Source of the DNA: Candidatus Iainarchaeum sp.
Lineage (GTDB): Archaea; Iainarchaeota; Iainarchaeia; Iainarchaeales; SKW153
Direction of reading: 5' to 3'
Assembly: GCA_026414365.1 (NCBI GenBank)
Contig: JAOAJD010000001.1
Span: forward strand, 167,687-231,686
Length of the DNA stretch: 64,000 bases
In this document: positions 50,462-60,807 of the stretch, piece by piece
Layout: every line of letters starts with the position of its first letter
Numbering within the stretch: the stretch's first letter is position 1
The notes under the pieces: model-generated
Databases searched by the model: none
What the model was told of the DNA's origin: nothing
Seen by the model: only the letters and a program-made list of their open reading frames with translations
Position numbers and translations under genes: made by a program

Positions 50462-51148
50462 ATGGAAAAAAATAAAACTATTATAATAATACCTGCATAC
50501 AATGAAGAGGAAAATATAGGTAGAACAATAAGAATAATAAAGGAAAATACAAAAAATATAGAAATAGACAATATCAAAGTTGATAGTGAAATAATAGTTG
50601 TAAACGATGGAAGTACAGACAAAACTGCAGAAATTGCAAGAAACAAAGGATGTGAAGTAATAAACTTACCAAGAAATTTAGGCAAAGCGAATGCTTTTTT
50701 TGCAGGTATCAAAGCAGCGATTAGGAAAGATGCGGATGTAGTTATAACAATGGATGCTGATCTTTTAGAAGCACATAAAGAAGATTTTATAGATCTTATA
50801 AAAGCAGCGAGAGATGTCAAAAATAAAAACAAGCCTATGATGGTTATTGCACAAGCAAGAGAAAAAGTTGATCTAAATATGTATGTAGCCACTATTTCAA
50901 ACAGTGGAATAAGAGCTTTTAATAAACCTGCATGTTATGTTATAACATCAGCAAGAGAAAAAGGAAAAGTGAAAGGGTACGGCATAGAGAACTACCTTAA
51001 TATCCTATTTGCTAAAAATCAAAGAGTAGCATACTGTGATCTTAAATTCAAGGAAGCCTACAGAGGCAACGCTAAAAATAAAATAATTCAGAAGAGAGAT
51101 ATCAGAAAGACTTTAAACAAAATTAAAAAACTAAGAAGAATATTTTAA
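50462..51148 (+). CDS. family 2 glycosyltransferase (dolichyl-phosphate sugar synthase-like)
   Basis: IIIPAYNEEENI, VVNDGSTDKT, DAD motifs. Confidence 0.75.
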   Translation: MEKNKTIIIIPAYNEEENIGRTIRIIKENTKNIEIDNIKVDSEIIVVNDGSTDKTAEIARNKGCEVINLPRNLGKANAFFAGIKAAIRKDADVVITMDADLLEAHKEDFIDLIKAARDVKNKNKPMMVIAQAREKVDLNMYVATISNSGIRAFNKPACYVITSAREKGKVKGYGIENYLNILFAKNQRVAYCDLKFKEAYRGNAKNKIIQKRDIRKTLNKIKKLRRIF

Positions 51149-51185
51149 CTAAAGTTTAAATTAAAAAATAATGTAAAATTAAAAT

Positions 51186-52310
51186 ATGAAGGACATATTT
51201 AGAATAAACCATGCAGAAATGAGCGTTTTTAAGGATGAGACTATATTATATCCTGATTATCTACCAGAAAAATTACCAGGTAGACAAAAAGAAATAGAAG
51301 AAATTGCCAGTTGTTTAAGGCCTTTATTGTTTGGAAAAATGCCAAGAAATATGTTTCTATATGGCAGTACAGGAGTTGGTAAAACAGCTTGTGTAAAGTT
51401 TGTCCTAAAAAAACTTACGGAAGAAGTAGAAAGACGATATTATGAAATTAAAAGTTTTTATATAAATTGCTTTCAAATAAACACAAAATATAGTATATTT
51501 ACTGAAATTTCTAACTATATGGGTTTTACAACACCACGAAGAGGATTATCTTGTGATGAAGTATATGCAACAATAAAAGAAGCAATTAGAAAAGTTAAAT
51601 TTTACCCTATTATAACACTAGACGAATTTGACAAAGTGTTGAACAAACAAGATGCTTCCGAGGTATTATATAATTTATCAAGAATAACAGATAGCGATAA
51701 GAAATTTTGTTTGATAATAATATCAAACGATGAATCTTTAATTTCAAGACTAGATGATAGAGCTAGGAGTTCCCTAATGCCTATCGTAATAAAATTCGAA
51801 AATTATGGACAAAAAGAATTGAAAGAAATATTGGTAGAAAGAAGTAACCTCGCATTTAAGGAAAATTGCATAGAATATGAGGCAATAGCCTTAGCTGCAG
51901 CAAAAGCTGCTAAACTTGGTGGGGATGCAAGGGTTGCAATTAATGCTATTTTAGAAGCAGGTAGAATTGCAGACCATGAGAATTCATCAAAAGTAAAGAT
52001 AGACCATGTAAAAAAAGCTTTTGAAAAAACCGAATTTGTATCAAAATTAAAAGCACTCAAGTATTTAGGCCAAAAAGAAAAGAACGTTTTAAAGATAATT
52101 TCAAGTAAAGATGGAATAACCTCTGGAGAGGTTTACGAGATTCTAGATAAGATGGATATAAAGATGAGTGAAAGATCTAAGAGATATGCCTTAGAAAAAC
52201 TAGAAAAACTCGGTTTGATAAAGACTACTAAACTACAACTGGGCAACAAAGGAAAGACAAGAAGAATATATGTAAACTTCGAAAAAGAAGCTCTCGAAAA
52301 ATATTTATAA
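51186..52310 (+). CDS. cdc6: ORC1-type DNA replication protein (Orc1/Cdc6)
   Basis: AAA+ Walker A GSTGVGKTA, Walker B LDEFD, sensor, C-terminal winged helix; 374 aa. Confidence 0.85.
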   Translation: MKDIFRINHAEMSVFKDETILYPDYLPEKLPGRQKEIEEIASCLRPLLFGKMPRNMFLYGSTGVGKTACVKFVLKKLTEEVERRYYEIKSFYINCFQINTKYSIFTEISNYMGFTTPRRGLSCDEVYATIKEAIRKVKFYPIITLDEFDKVLNKQDASEVLYNLSRITDSDKKFCLIIISNDESLISRLDDRARSSLMPIVIKFENYGQKELKEILVERSNLAFKENCIEYEAIALAAAKAAKLGGDARVAINAILEAGRIADHENSSKVKIDHVKKAFEKTEFVSKLKALKYLGQKEKNVLKIISSKDGITSGEVYEILDKMDIKMSERSKRYALEKLEKLGLIKTTKLQLGNKGKTRRIYVNFEKEALEKYL

Positions 52311-52402
52311 GACTTTGCAAAAAACGCAGAGAAAAATATTTAAAGACAAATTAATAAAATAAATAATATTAAAAAAAATATTTTAACTTTGAATGATGCA
52401 AA

Positions 52403-52627
52403 ATGAAAAAAACACTAACAGAAGAAGAAATAGCATGTGAACTAGTTTCTATCTATTTTGAAGAAATTGTTAGATTGGGGGTTAAGAGAACTCTTAATAC
52501 TGATAGTGTTATAAACGCTTATCTTTATACACTACAAAGAATTAAAAATAAAAACAAAGAAATCGATTCACTCGAAGATATAATAAAAGAAGAAGAGAAA
52601 CAAATTCAAAGTCAATTAAATATCTAG
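52403..52627 (+). CDS. hypothetical small acidic protein
   Basis: 74 aa ORF immediately downstream of orc1; no motifs. Confidence 0.25.
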   Translation: MKKTLTEEEIACELVSIYFEEIVRLGVKRTLNTDSVINAYLYTLQRIKNKNKEIDSLEDIIKEEEKQIQSQLNI

Positions 52628-52643
52628 AGAAAACAAAAAAGAG

Positions 52644-53207
52644 GTGATTAAAATAAAAATAATGAGATATCTTCCAAAATATGTTTTCTTCGTTAAAGGA
52701 AATGGAGTTCATAAAGAAAGATTGAGATCTTTCGAAATTGCCTTGAGAGATGCAGGAATAGCTCCTTTTAACTTGGTAAGTGTTTCCAGTATATTACCTC
52801 CAGGGTGCAAGATCATAAGTAAAGAAAAGGGATTAAAAATGCTAAAACCAGGACAAGTTGTATTCTGTGTCTTAGCAAGAAATGATACAAATGAACCACA
52901 CAGGTTGGTAGCTTCTGCAATCGGTGTAGCAATACCTGCAAAAAAAACACAATATGGTTATTTAAGTGAACATCACTCTTTCGGACAAAGTGAAAAAGAA
53001 GCTAAAGAATATGCTGAAGATTTGGCTGCCTCTATGTTAGCTTCTACTTTAGGAATAGAATTCGATCCTGATAAAGCATGGGACGAAAGAAAAGAAGCTT
53101 ATAGAATGAGCGGTCAGATAGTCAGATCAACGAGTATTTGCCAATCAGCGATAGGAAGTAAGAAAGGCGAATGGACAACAACAGTAGCTGCAGCAGTTTT
53201 TGTATAA
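52644..53207 (+). CDS. pdaD: pyruvoyl-dependent arginine decarboxylase
   Basis: [12 protein letters not shown]...[14 protein letters not shown] with conserved self-cleaving Ser region; likely true start at MRYLPK (52662). Confidence 0.8.
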   Translation: MIKIKIMRYLPKYVFFVKGNGVHKERLRSFEIALRDAGIAPFNLVSVSSILPPGCKIISKEKGLKMLKPGQVVFCVLARNDTNEPHRLVASAIGVAIPAKKTQYGYLSEHHSFGQSEKEAKEYAEDLAASMLASTLGIEFDPDKAWDERKEAYRMSGQIVRSTSICQSAIGSKKGEWTTTVAAAVFV

Positions 53208-53234
53208 ATATCTCGAATAGATGCTATTCATACT

Positions 53235-54785
53235 TTACAAAAAACTATCTAGCTCAGCATTTCTTTTCTCAGCTTCTAATTCAAACTGTTTAGCGGCTTC
53301 TTCCAAAGACAGTTCGTGTTTAGATGGTTGACTTTTATTTTTTCTAACTCTAAAAAATACAGGATGATTTACTGCTTCTCCAACAATTAAAGCTTCCCCA
53401 ACCTTTAAAGACGTAAGCATGTCCAAACTTCTTTGATCTATTCCCTCTGAACTCCTACTTACATGTGCCAAATCATTAGGATTAGTGATCCTAAGTAAGA
53501 TATGTGTATTACATTGTGCTAAAGCAGTAGTTGAAAGATTAACTGGTCTTTGAGAAACTAAACATAAACAAACTCCAAATTTTCTACCCTCTCTTGCAAT
53601 TGTTTCTATTATGTCTCTAGAAATTGCATTCTCTTCACTGGCCATCGGTGCAAACTGATGACTCTCTTCGACTACTAATAAAAAAGGTGGCACCTTTTTT
53701 TCTATCCGTTCTGCAAAAAGTCTTGATCCAAAATAAGCCAAAATAGTTTGCTTAACCCTTAAATCTAATAAATCACTCATATCAACAACAGTCAAACCCC
53801 CTGGATTTAAAAGTTCTTTTATACTAGGATGGTCTGTTTTAGAAAATATTCCAAGACTTTCTAAATTGTTTATCCATGATATCAAAGCGGCAGCGGTTTT
53901 TTCATTTATTTTTTGATCTTCTTCAATTTTTTTTCTAACGTCAGATAGGTCAAATGGTCCTACACCATCTTGCATCTCCTTTAATAATTCATCAAATATT
54001 CTCTCTAATTCCCTCCTTTGTTGTGGGGATAAAACTTTTATTATGGTAGCAATCAAAGAAATGTCTAAAGAAGGAACGCCTATTCTAATATCTTTGCCTT
54101 TTATTAATTTAGTTTTATCTGAGTAGTCAACATAAACATGCTTTAAATGATTTGGGACTGGTTGTGCAAAGTTTGTATACTCGCCATGAACATCCATAAC
54201 TAAAACTGCAATTCTGCCCTGCTCTTTTGTTCTTTGAATAAGTTCTTCGATAATCCTCTTGACAGTCACGCTTTTGCCAGCTCCGGACATTGCCAGTACC
54301 GCCAAATGTTTTTTAAGTAATCTGTCAATATTGATTCTAAGTTCTAGATCATGATAATCTACATCACCTAAATATAATCCTTTCTCGTCGAAACCCAAAA
54401 TAAATGATAAGTTTTTATTATTAGCAATATTAACTTGAGCGCCGGGGGAAGGTGGATTTGAACATCTGCTTAGAGAACCATCTTTTGAAAAAAAACCTAT
54501 TGGTTTTGCAGTTGCTATCATAAATTCCCAATCTGAAATTGGAAAATAATCTTCTATATTTTTATCAGTATCTTGGAATCCCTTCACAGAATCTGCTCTT
54601 TCAAAATATCTATTTGCCTTCAGAATATCAACAACTTGTGCTACAATACAACCATCAGAATGTTCGATTTCTACAAATTGCCCTTTATGTAAAGAACCTC
54701 TTTTTACCACAAATTTGATTTCAGACGGAGTTGGGCTCTCAACAGTACTTACCACTATGCCCAAAAAGGATGAATCATCTACCAT
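53235..54785 (-). CDS. herA: HerA-like ATPase (DUF87 / FtsK-HerA superfamily)
   Basis: N-terminal HAS-barrel-like region, Walker A LAMSGAGKSVT, Walker B VVEESHQF, ~516 aa. Confidence 0.6.
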   Translation of the reverse strand: MVDDSSFLGIVVSTVESPTPSEIKFVVKRGSLHKGQFVEIEHSDGCIVAQVVDILKANRYFERADSVKGFQDTDKNIEDYFPISDWEFMIATAKPIGFFSKDGSLSRCSNPPSPGAQVNIANNKNLSFILGFDEKGLYLGDVDYHDLELRINIDRLLKKHLAVLAMSGAGKSVTVKRIIEELIQRTKEQGRIAVLVMDVHGEYTNFAQPVPNHLKHVYVDYSDKTKLIKGKDIRIGVPSLDISLIATIIKVLSPQQRRELERIFDELLKEMQDGVGPFDLSDVRKKIEEDQKINEKTAAALISWINNLESLGIFSKTDHPSIKELLNPGGLTVVDMSDLLDLRVKQTILAYFGSRLFAERIEKKVPPFLLVVEESHQFAPMASEENAISRDIIETIAREGRKFGVCLCLVSQRPVNLSTTALAQCNTHILLRITNPNDLAHVSRSSEGIDQRSLDMLTSLKVGEALIVGEAVNHPVFFRVRKNKSQPSKHELSLEEAAKQFELEAEKRNAELDSFL

Positions 54786-54807
54786 AAAAATTTTTTATAG
54801 TGATAAC

Positions 54808-55878
54808 TTAAAATGGTTTTCTATTTCTTCTCATATTAAATTTATCTTTTATCATTAGGTTATCAACTATTTTATTATAAAAGAAATCTACTTCATTATG
54901 ACCTATTCTTGCCCTCAAATCTGCCTCAATAAGAACAGAAGGAAAAGAAAATTCATTACTAAAACTACTTAAAAAACAAACTACTCTTGAAATCTTATCT
55001 GCTACCTCAGAAAGATTATCCTTGTTAGCTATAAATTCAACTCTAAAAGGACAATCTTTAAAAGAAGGCTTAATGTAAAATGCAAATACCTTGTTGGACC
55101 AATAGTCATCAAAATCTAATAAAATTGGGTGTTTTTCTTTAGGGGAAGAATAACTAAATGCAAAACTTCTTTGAGAACTTCTTAACAGATAATTAAATAA
55201 AACAATATCATTTAATTTCTCCGAAATATTTTTCGGGATATTATCAACTATATTCTCAATTATCTCTAATGCTCTTCTACCTCGACTATCTTTGATACAC
55301 CCAACCAAAAAGCAATTATTTTCTTCTGCAACCGAAAAAAGCTTTTCAAAATCTCTGATAAGTTCTTTGTATTGTAATATGGCATTTTCACTTCTCTTTG
55401 GCTTATCCGTGTATTGTGGCAATATACTCCCGTCCAAAAAACAAAAAGATGGTTTATGATCAATTATAAGCTTTGTTGCCATATTAACCTCTTCTTTTAG
55501 CCTCAAAATATTCAAAGAACTCTGTTCATCTTCAGAATCAATATTAGAATACAAAATATACCCCTTTGGATAAAAAAATTTATCAGGATAATATTGTACT
55601 AAATTAATTTTATTATCTTTGTAATCAAAAACTACTCCTATGCATCTGACAAAAAATAGATCAAAATAAATATGCCTCTTAAAGTTAAACCCAGAATCAA
55701 TGCCGACAACTTTGCCACAAAAGTTTGTAGAGGGTATATCGTAAACTAGTTTGTCCTCACCTTCTTCCTTTGGTAGAGATAACGAAAGCTGTTCAATATC
55801 TCTGGACAAAGCAATTATCTTTTTTTGTAGAGCATCCAGCTTAGTAATTATATCTTTAATATTATTTTCAGTGAACAT
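54808..55878 (-). CDS. nurA: NurA-like nuclease (partner of HerA)
   Basis: VVGIDSGFN motif resembling NurA GIDGS catalytic Asp block; size and adjacency to herA-like gene. Confidence 0.4.
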   Translation of the reverse strand: MFTENNIKDIITKLDALQKKIIALSRDIEQLSLSLPKEEGEDKLVYDIPSTNFCGKVVGIDSGFNFKRHIYFDLFFVRCIGVVFDYKDNKINLVQYYPDKFFYPKGYILYSNIDSEDEQSSLNILRLKEEVNMATKLIIDHKPSFCFLDGSILPQYTDKPKRSENAILQYKELIRDFEKLFSVAEENNCFLVGCIKDSRGRRALEIIENIVDNIPKNISEKLNDIVLFNYLLRSSQRSFAFSYSSPKEKHPILLDFDDYWSNKVFAFYIKPSFKDCPFRVEFIANKDNLSEVADKISRVVCFLSSFSNEFSFPSVLIEADLRARIGHNEVDFFYNKIVDNLMIKDKFNMRRNRKPF

Positions 55879-56004
55879 AAAGATATTTTTGTAAAATTAC
55901 TTTAAAAAATTAAAACTGGACAAAATTAATATAAATATGTAAAGCAATATCTCTGTTAAACAAGTTTTAAAAAATAAACTATTATTAATCATATATTAAA
56001 CACA

Positions 56005-56352
56005 GTGAGGTTGGTTAAAATGAAAGCAATATTTGAAGTAAAAACAGTAGCTGCTGAATGGAAACCGCCTTTTTCAAAAAAGATTGAAACAAAAGAATAT
56101 GAAGTCGGTGAGAATGAATCTTTTGAAGATTTAAACTTAAATGGTTTATCTGGCAAGATTTTCACTGTTAAGGCGATCAGAGGTAATAGAGTTTTAATTA
56201 AATATGACAGACATTTTATGATAAAAGGATTTGGGGAAGACCCTTTAAAGAAGGAGAAATGGATAGAAGAAGAAAGTCCTGTAGAGTTTAGCTTTATGTG
56301 GGCTAATCAAGGGCTGACAAAAAAGTTAATATTGAAAAAGGTATTGGCTTGA
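56005..56352 (+). CDS. hypothetical protein
   Basis: 115 aa, stop overlaps pth2 start; no motifs. Confidence 0.3.
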   Translation: MRLVKMKAIFEVKTVAAEWKPPFSKKIETKEYEVGENESFEDLNLNGLSGKIFTVKAIRGNRVLIKYDRHFMIKGFGEDPLKKEKWIEEESPVEFSFMWANQGLTKKLILKKVLA

Positions 56353-56699
56353 TAGAACTAAAACAAATTCTTATTGTTAGAACAGATTTAAAAATGGGTA
56401 AAGGTAAAGTTGCTGCTCAATGTTGCCATGCATCGATAGAAGCATATGAAACTACAAAAAAGAAGAACCCAGAATATACAGAGCTCTGGAAGGAACAAGG
56501 AATGCCAAAAGTTGTTTTAAAAGTAAAAGATGAAATAGAATTGATGCAAATATATGAAAAACTAAAGAAATATAATCCAGTTCTAATTAAAGATGCAGGA
56601 AAAACACAGGTTGAACCTAATACTATTACTTGTCTAGGGGTCGGACCTGCCCCATCAAAATACTTAGATAAAATTACAAAGAACTTAAAATTATTGTAA
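56349..56699 (+). CDS. pth2: peptidyl-tRNA hydrolase Pth2
   Basis: ILIVRTDLKMGKGKVAAQCCHAS...GVGP pattern of PTH2 family, 116 aa. Confidence 0.85.
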   Translation: MIELKQILIVRTDLKMGKGKVAAQCCHASIEAYETTKKKNPEYTELWKEQGMPKVVLKVKDEIELMQIYEKLKKYNPVLIKDAGKTQVEPNTITCLGVGPAPSKYLDKITKNLKLL

Positions 56700-56763
56700 A
56701 AGATCAACAAAATATTAAGTGTTGTCAAAAAAATAAATAAAATTACTAAATAAGGTAATTAAT

Positions 56764-58005
56764 ATGCAAAATATTATCGCGCAAATAATCGTACTCTTAT
56801 TCTTAATCTTTCTTTCCGGCTTGGCATCTTTAACAGAAACTGCTTTTGTAGCGACGGATAAAATTAGAGTAAAAAAAATGTTGAAGAAAGGTGTTAGAAA
56901 TGCCGAGATTGTCGCAAATCTAAAGAAAATACCTGAGAGGGTTATAATTGTACTTTTGCTTTGGAATAATTTAGTAAATATATTGGCTGGATCTGTAGCT
57001 ACTGTATTTGCTCTAAATATTTTTCCTAATAACTTTGCCATAAGTATAGCCACAGGAGTATTGACCTTCTTGATATTAGTATTTGGTGATATAATACCAA
57101 AGAGAATTGCCATAAAACATTATGAGATAATAATATCTGTAATGGCACCATATGTAAATTTTTTAGTAAATTTTTTTGGAATAGTTATAGATTTTGCCGA
57201 TACAATATCTTCTAAAACAATAAAAGCTTTAGGCATCGAGGAAAAAGAAAAGAAAATAACTCAAGAAGAAGTTAAAAGTGCTTTGTCCTTAGGAGTAGAA
57301 GAAGGTACAATAAAACAAACTGAAAAGGAGATGATACACAAAATATTTTTATTAGACGATATCCCTGTAGAAGAAATAATGACGCCGCGAGCAGAGATAA
57401 TTGCAACAGAAGAAAACAAAACAATTAAAGAAGTATGTGAAATTTTGAAAAAGAAGCCTGTAGAAAGAATACCTGTTTTTAAAAAAGATATAGATCACAT
57501 AGTAGGAATTGTTTATACGAAAGACATAATAAAGATGCTAGCAGAAGGAAAAAATAAATTAAAAATAAATAAAATAATGGAGAAGCCTTACTTTGTACCA
57601 AAAACAAAAAAAATAGATAAATTACTTAGAGAGTTTCAAGAAAGGAAAAAATATGTTGCAATTATAGTGGATGAATATGGAACAACACAAGGAATAGTAA
57701 CCCTAGATGATATTTTAGAAGAAATAGTTGGAAGTTTAGAAGAAGGTAAAGAAGAGGGAGACATAAAGAAGATTGGAAGTAAGAAATATATTGTTAAAGG
57801 AAATGTCCCCCTAATAGAAATAAATGATAGGTTTGGTACTAACTTTAGCATAAAAGAATACGAAACATTAGCTGGCTTCTTGATAAACAAATTTGATTCA
57901 TTTCCAAAAGAAGGAGATAAGATTGAAGTAGAAGATCTAGAAATAACAATTAGAAAATGTGATGGACCAAAAATAGAAGAAGTGATTATAGTTGACAAAA
58001 GATGA
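56764..58005 (+). CDS. CNNM/HlyC-CorC family transporter (DUF21 + CBS pair + CorC_HlyC)
   Basis: N-terminal 4-TM DUF21, two CBS motifs (IMTPR...; EYGTTQGIVTLDDILEEIVG), C-terminal transporter-associated domain. Confidence 0.8.
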   Translation: MQNIIAQIIVLLFLIFLSGLASLTETAFVATDKIRVKKMLKKGVRNAEIVANLKKIPERVIIVLLLWNNLVNILAGSVATVFALNIFPNNFAISIATGVLTFLILVFGDIIPKRIAIKHYEIIISVMAPYVNFLVNFFGIVIDFADTISSKTIKALGIEEKEKKITQEEVKSALSLGVEEGTIKQTEKEMIHKIFLLDDIPVEEIMTPRAEIIATEENKTIKEVCEILKKKPVERIPVFKKDIDHIVGIVYTKDIIKMLAEGKNKLKINKIMEKPYFVPKTKKIDKLLREFQERKKYVAIIVDEYGTTQGIVTLDDILEEIVGSLEEGKEEGDIKKIGSKKYIVKGNVPLIEINDRFGTNFSIKEYETLAGFLINKFDSFPKEGDKIEVEDLEITIRKCDGPKIEEVIIVDKR

Positions 58006-59125
58006 CTTTTGGGGATACTCATTAAAAACAAAAATATTTTTTGGGACAGGATCTTTAAAAAAGATAGGGGAAATATTAAAAAGTGAGAATGTTAAAAGAA
58101 TAACAATAGTATGTGGTAAATCTATAGAAAAAACAGATATCATAAGAAAACTAATAAAAAACATTAAAAAAACAAAAACAAAATATGTTATTTTTAATAA
58201 AGTGGAGCCAAATCCTAAAGTTACTATTTGTGTAGAAGCGAGTAAAATTGCAAGAGAGTTTAACAGCGAATATATCTTAGGGATTGGGGGCGGTTCAGCA
58301 TTAGATACAGCAAAGGCATCTGCTGCTACATGTACAAACAATGTTGATTTAGAAGATATTATAAAAAATAACATACCATTAAAAAATGAAGCATTGCCTA
58401 TAATTGCAATACCAACAACATCTGGTACTGCATCTGAAATAAATAAATTTTCTGTTTTAACGAGTAGTGCTGGCAAAAAAATTGTATTAAGAGACGAGAA
58501 GATAATACCAAAATTTGCGATAATAGATCCTATGCTCACAGTAAGTTGCCCAAAGAGAACAACAGCAGCAGCAGGTTTAGATACTATATCACACGCTATA
58601 GAAAGTTACTGGTCAAAGAAAGCAAATCCTTTAACAAAACTTTTTTGCATAGAGTCTATGAAAATCTCTAATAAATGGTTGGAAAAAGCCTACAAAGATG
58701 GAGGAAATATAAAAGCAAGAGAAGAAATGTCAAAAGCTAGTTTATATGCAGGACTTGGTTTCTCAAATACTGGCACAACAGATGTGCATAAACTATCATA
58801 TACTTTAACTGAGAAATTTGGTCTGGAACATGGTTTTGCATGTGCGATTTTTTTACCAGAGTATGTAAAATTTAATGAAAAGGGTAATAATAAAACTCTG
58901 AAAGAAATTGCACAAGCTTTTGGAGAAAGAAATGCAAAAGAGTTAGCTAAGAGATTAATGCAAATAATGAGAAATGTCAATGCTCCAACTAGTTTAAGAG
59001 AAATTGGCGCAAAAGAAAAAGATGTCGAATTCATCGTTAATGAAGGATATTCCGAAAATAAAAGAAACAACCCTAGAAATATAACAAAAAAACAATTGAG
59101 AGAGATTATAAGAAAAATAATGTGA
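57992..59125 (+). CDS. iron-containing alcohol dehydrogenase family protein
   Basis: GIGGGSALDTAKA NAD-binding motif, His-rich metal site region. Confidence 0.65.
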   Translation: MTKDDFWGYSLKTKIFFGTGSLKKIGEILKSENVKRITIVCGKSIEKTDIIRKLIKNIKKTKTKYVIFNKVEPNPKVTICVEASKIAREFNSEYILGIGGGSALDTAKASAATCTNNVDLEDIIKNNIPLKNEALPIIAIPTTSGTASEINKFSVLTSSAGKKIVLRDEKIIPKFAIIDPMLTVSCPKRTTAAAGLDTISHAIESYWSKKANPLTKLFCIESMKISNKWLEKAYKDGGNIKAREEMSKASLYAGLGFSNTGTTDVHKLSYTLTEKFGLEHGFACAIFLPEYVKFNEKGNNKTLKEIAQAFGERNAKELAKRLMQIMRNVNAPTSLREIGAKEKDVEFIVNEGYSENKRNNPRNITKKQLREIIRKIM

Positions 59126-59127
59126 TT

Positions 59128-59313
59128 CTAAAATTCGGAGCTTGCATTCATATATTCATCTCTACACTTATCAGAACAAAATCTCCTGCTATATAAATCA
59201 CCTTTCTCTCTAGTCTCCAACTCTTTACCGCAATTAAGACACTTCCTTTTAATCTTAATATTTTTTGCAAAGTATTTACTATCTATATTATCAAATAATC
59301 TCATAAAAATCAC
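59128..59313 (-). CDS. small zinc-ribbon protein (DUF2116-like)
   Basis: CLNCGKE...CSDKC motif, 61 aa. Confidence 0.4.
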   Translation of the reverse strand: MIFMRLFDNIDSKYFAKNIKIKRKCLNCGKELETREKGDLYSRRFCSDKCRDEYMNASSEF

Positions 59314-59372
59314 CTTTGTAAATTTAACATAATAAACTATTTAGAAACAAAATTAAATTAAAGCAGATTGTT

Positions 59373-60788
59373 TTACAGAAAAGATTCTTTTCCCCGTAAA
59401 TACTCGCTTAAAAATTTTTTAAAATCAATGTTAGATTTATATAAAAAAAATATCTGATCTTCATTTAATATTTTATATTTGGGAAAACAATTTACTATGG
59501 GCTCTTTTTCTGTTTTGGCTAAATCTCTTAAAATATCTTTTAAAAGGTCCGATACGCGGACATATTTTCTCTCAACTTCTACTACCCACCTTCCATCTTC
59601 TATCCTCGGACCTGCACAAGACTTTTTATGAGCCTCTAAAAATTTATCACTATTTTCAAAATCAATAACCTCCGGACCAATTTTCTTTTTTATTCTTTGT
59701 AAACACAATGATTCTAACTCAAAGATTAAAACTATGTTCTTATTCTCATCGGTCCAACACTCAAACCTGTTGATCACAAAATCGTTTATTGACAAAACAT
59801 TGGTTATTTTTTTACATATTCTCTTCGATTGACCCCATACTATATCAGCTAAAACGTTTTTTGGATATGGCAGATAAACAGCAACTAATTCTTTCTTTGA
59901 TAATATTTCTTTTAGCTTTTTTAATTCAAAATCTTTGTATTTCCTACCGAAGAAAAAATGCAAGGATGGTTTCTTTAGAAAGGCTCTAGCTGCCGCTATT
60001 ATTCTTGCATATTGATTATAAGACAAAGCGGCAGCAACATTTCTATTCATATCCACAGGATCCACAACAATGAGATGAGAATTAAACCTTCTTATAGCAT
60101 CTTGTTTCCTATAATAATTCTCAATGTCGATTACTTCATTAGACTTCCAATTAGATATAGCTTTCAAACAATTTAAGAAGTTACCATAATAAAGTATTAA
60201 CAATTCACTCACATAACCAGGCAAAGCATTGTATCGTAACTCGGCACCGTAACTACCTATACCTTTCAAAAATTGTTTTAATAGTCTAATTTCATCTTTT
60301 TGCTTCTCAGAGAGTTTTTTTAATAAATAATCGTTGTGAAAGGGGGTTCTATCCACAGCACTCTTTAATTGATATGCAAAATCTACTTTATAGCTAGGTA
60401 CTATCTCTATCTCATAACCATTTATCTTACCTTTAATATATGGGTGATCTGAAAATGATTCTTCAAAAGAATGTCCTTTGAAAAATTTTTTAGATATTGA
60501 AAGACCCTCTTCAATGAATCTCTCCTCGTTGAAATCTTTGGGAAAAAGAAGAAATATATCAATATCTTTGTCATTTTTCAGGTGAGTATTTCTAGCAAAA
60601 GAACCAGCTAATTTAATTTCTATATAATCAGGACATATTTTTCTTAGCCTCTTTATTTGCTCATCTAAGAAAGCAAGTTCTTTTTTATATTCATCTTCAG
60701 TTGGTTTTACTTTTCTTAAAACTATTTTTTCAATTCTATATATTTTTTGATTGAATTCTGACATGAAAAATAATATATAAGAAACCAT
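59373..60788 (-). CDS. cca: CCA-adding enzyme (archaeal class I tRNA nucleotidyltransferase)
   Basis: KLAGSFARNTHLKNDKDIDIFL nucleotidyltransferase motif, ~460 aa archaeal architecture. Confidence 0.8.
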   Translation of the reverse strand: MVSYILFFMSEFNQKIYRIEKIVLRKVKPTEDEYKKELAFLDEQIKRLRKICPDYIEIKLAGSFARNTHLKNDKDIDIFLLFPKDFNEERFIEEGLSISKKFFKGHSFEESFSDHPYIKGKINGYEIEIVPSYKVDFAYQLKSAVDRTPFHNDYLLKKLSEKQKDEIRLLKQFLKGIGSYGAELRYNALPGYVSELLILYYGNFLNCLKAISNWKSNEVIDIENYYRKQDAIRRFNSHLIVVDPVDMNRNVAAALSYNQYARIIAAARAFLKKPSLHFFFGRKYKDFELKKLKEILSKKELVAVYLPYPKNVLADIVWGQSKRICKKITNVLSINDFVINRFECWTDENKNIVLIFELESLCLQRIKKKIGPEVIDFENSDKFLEAHKKSCAGPRIEDGRWVVEVERKYVRVSDLLKDILRDLAKTEKEPIVNCFPKYKILNEDQIFFLYKSNIDFKKFLSEYLRGKESFL

Positions 60789-60807
60789 TATATATTATTT
60801 TGTAATT

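Noticed and set aside
51149-52402. Origin of replication adjacent to orc1/cdc6
   Set aside because: The flanking intergenic regions are only 37 and ~90 bp and contain no ORB or mini-ORB-like dyad repeats that I could recognise.
57636-58539. Minus-strand ORFs 57636-58031 and 57937-58539
   Set aside because: Antisense to the CorC/HlyC transporter and Fe-ADH genes, with hydrophobic low-complexity translations.
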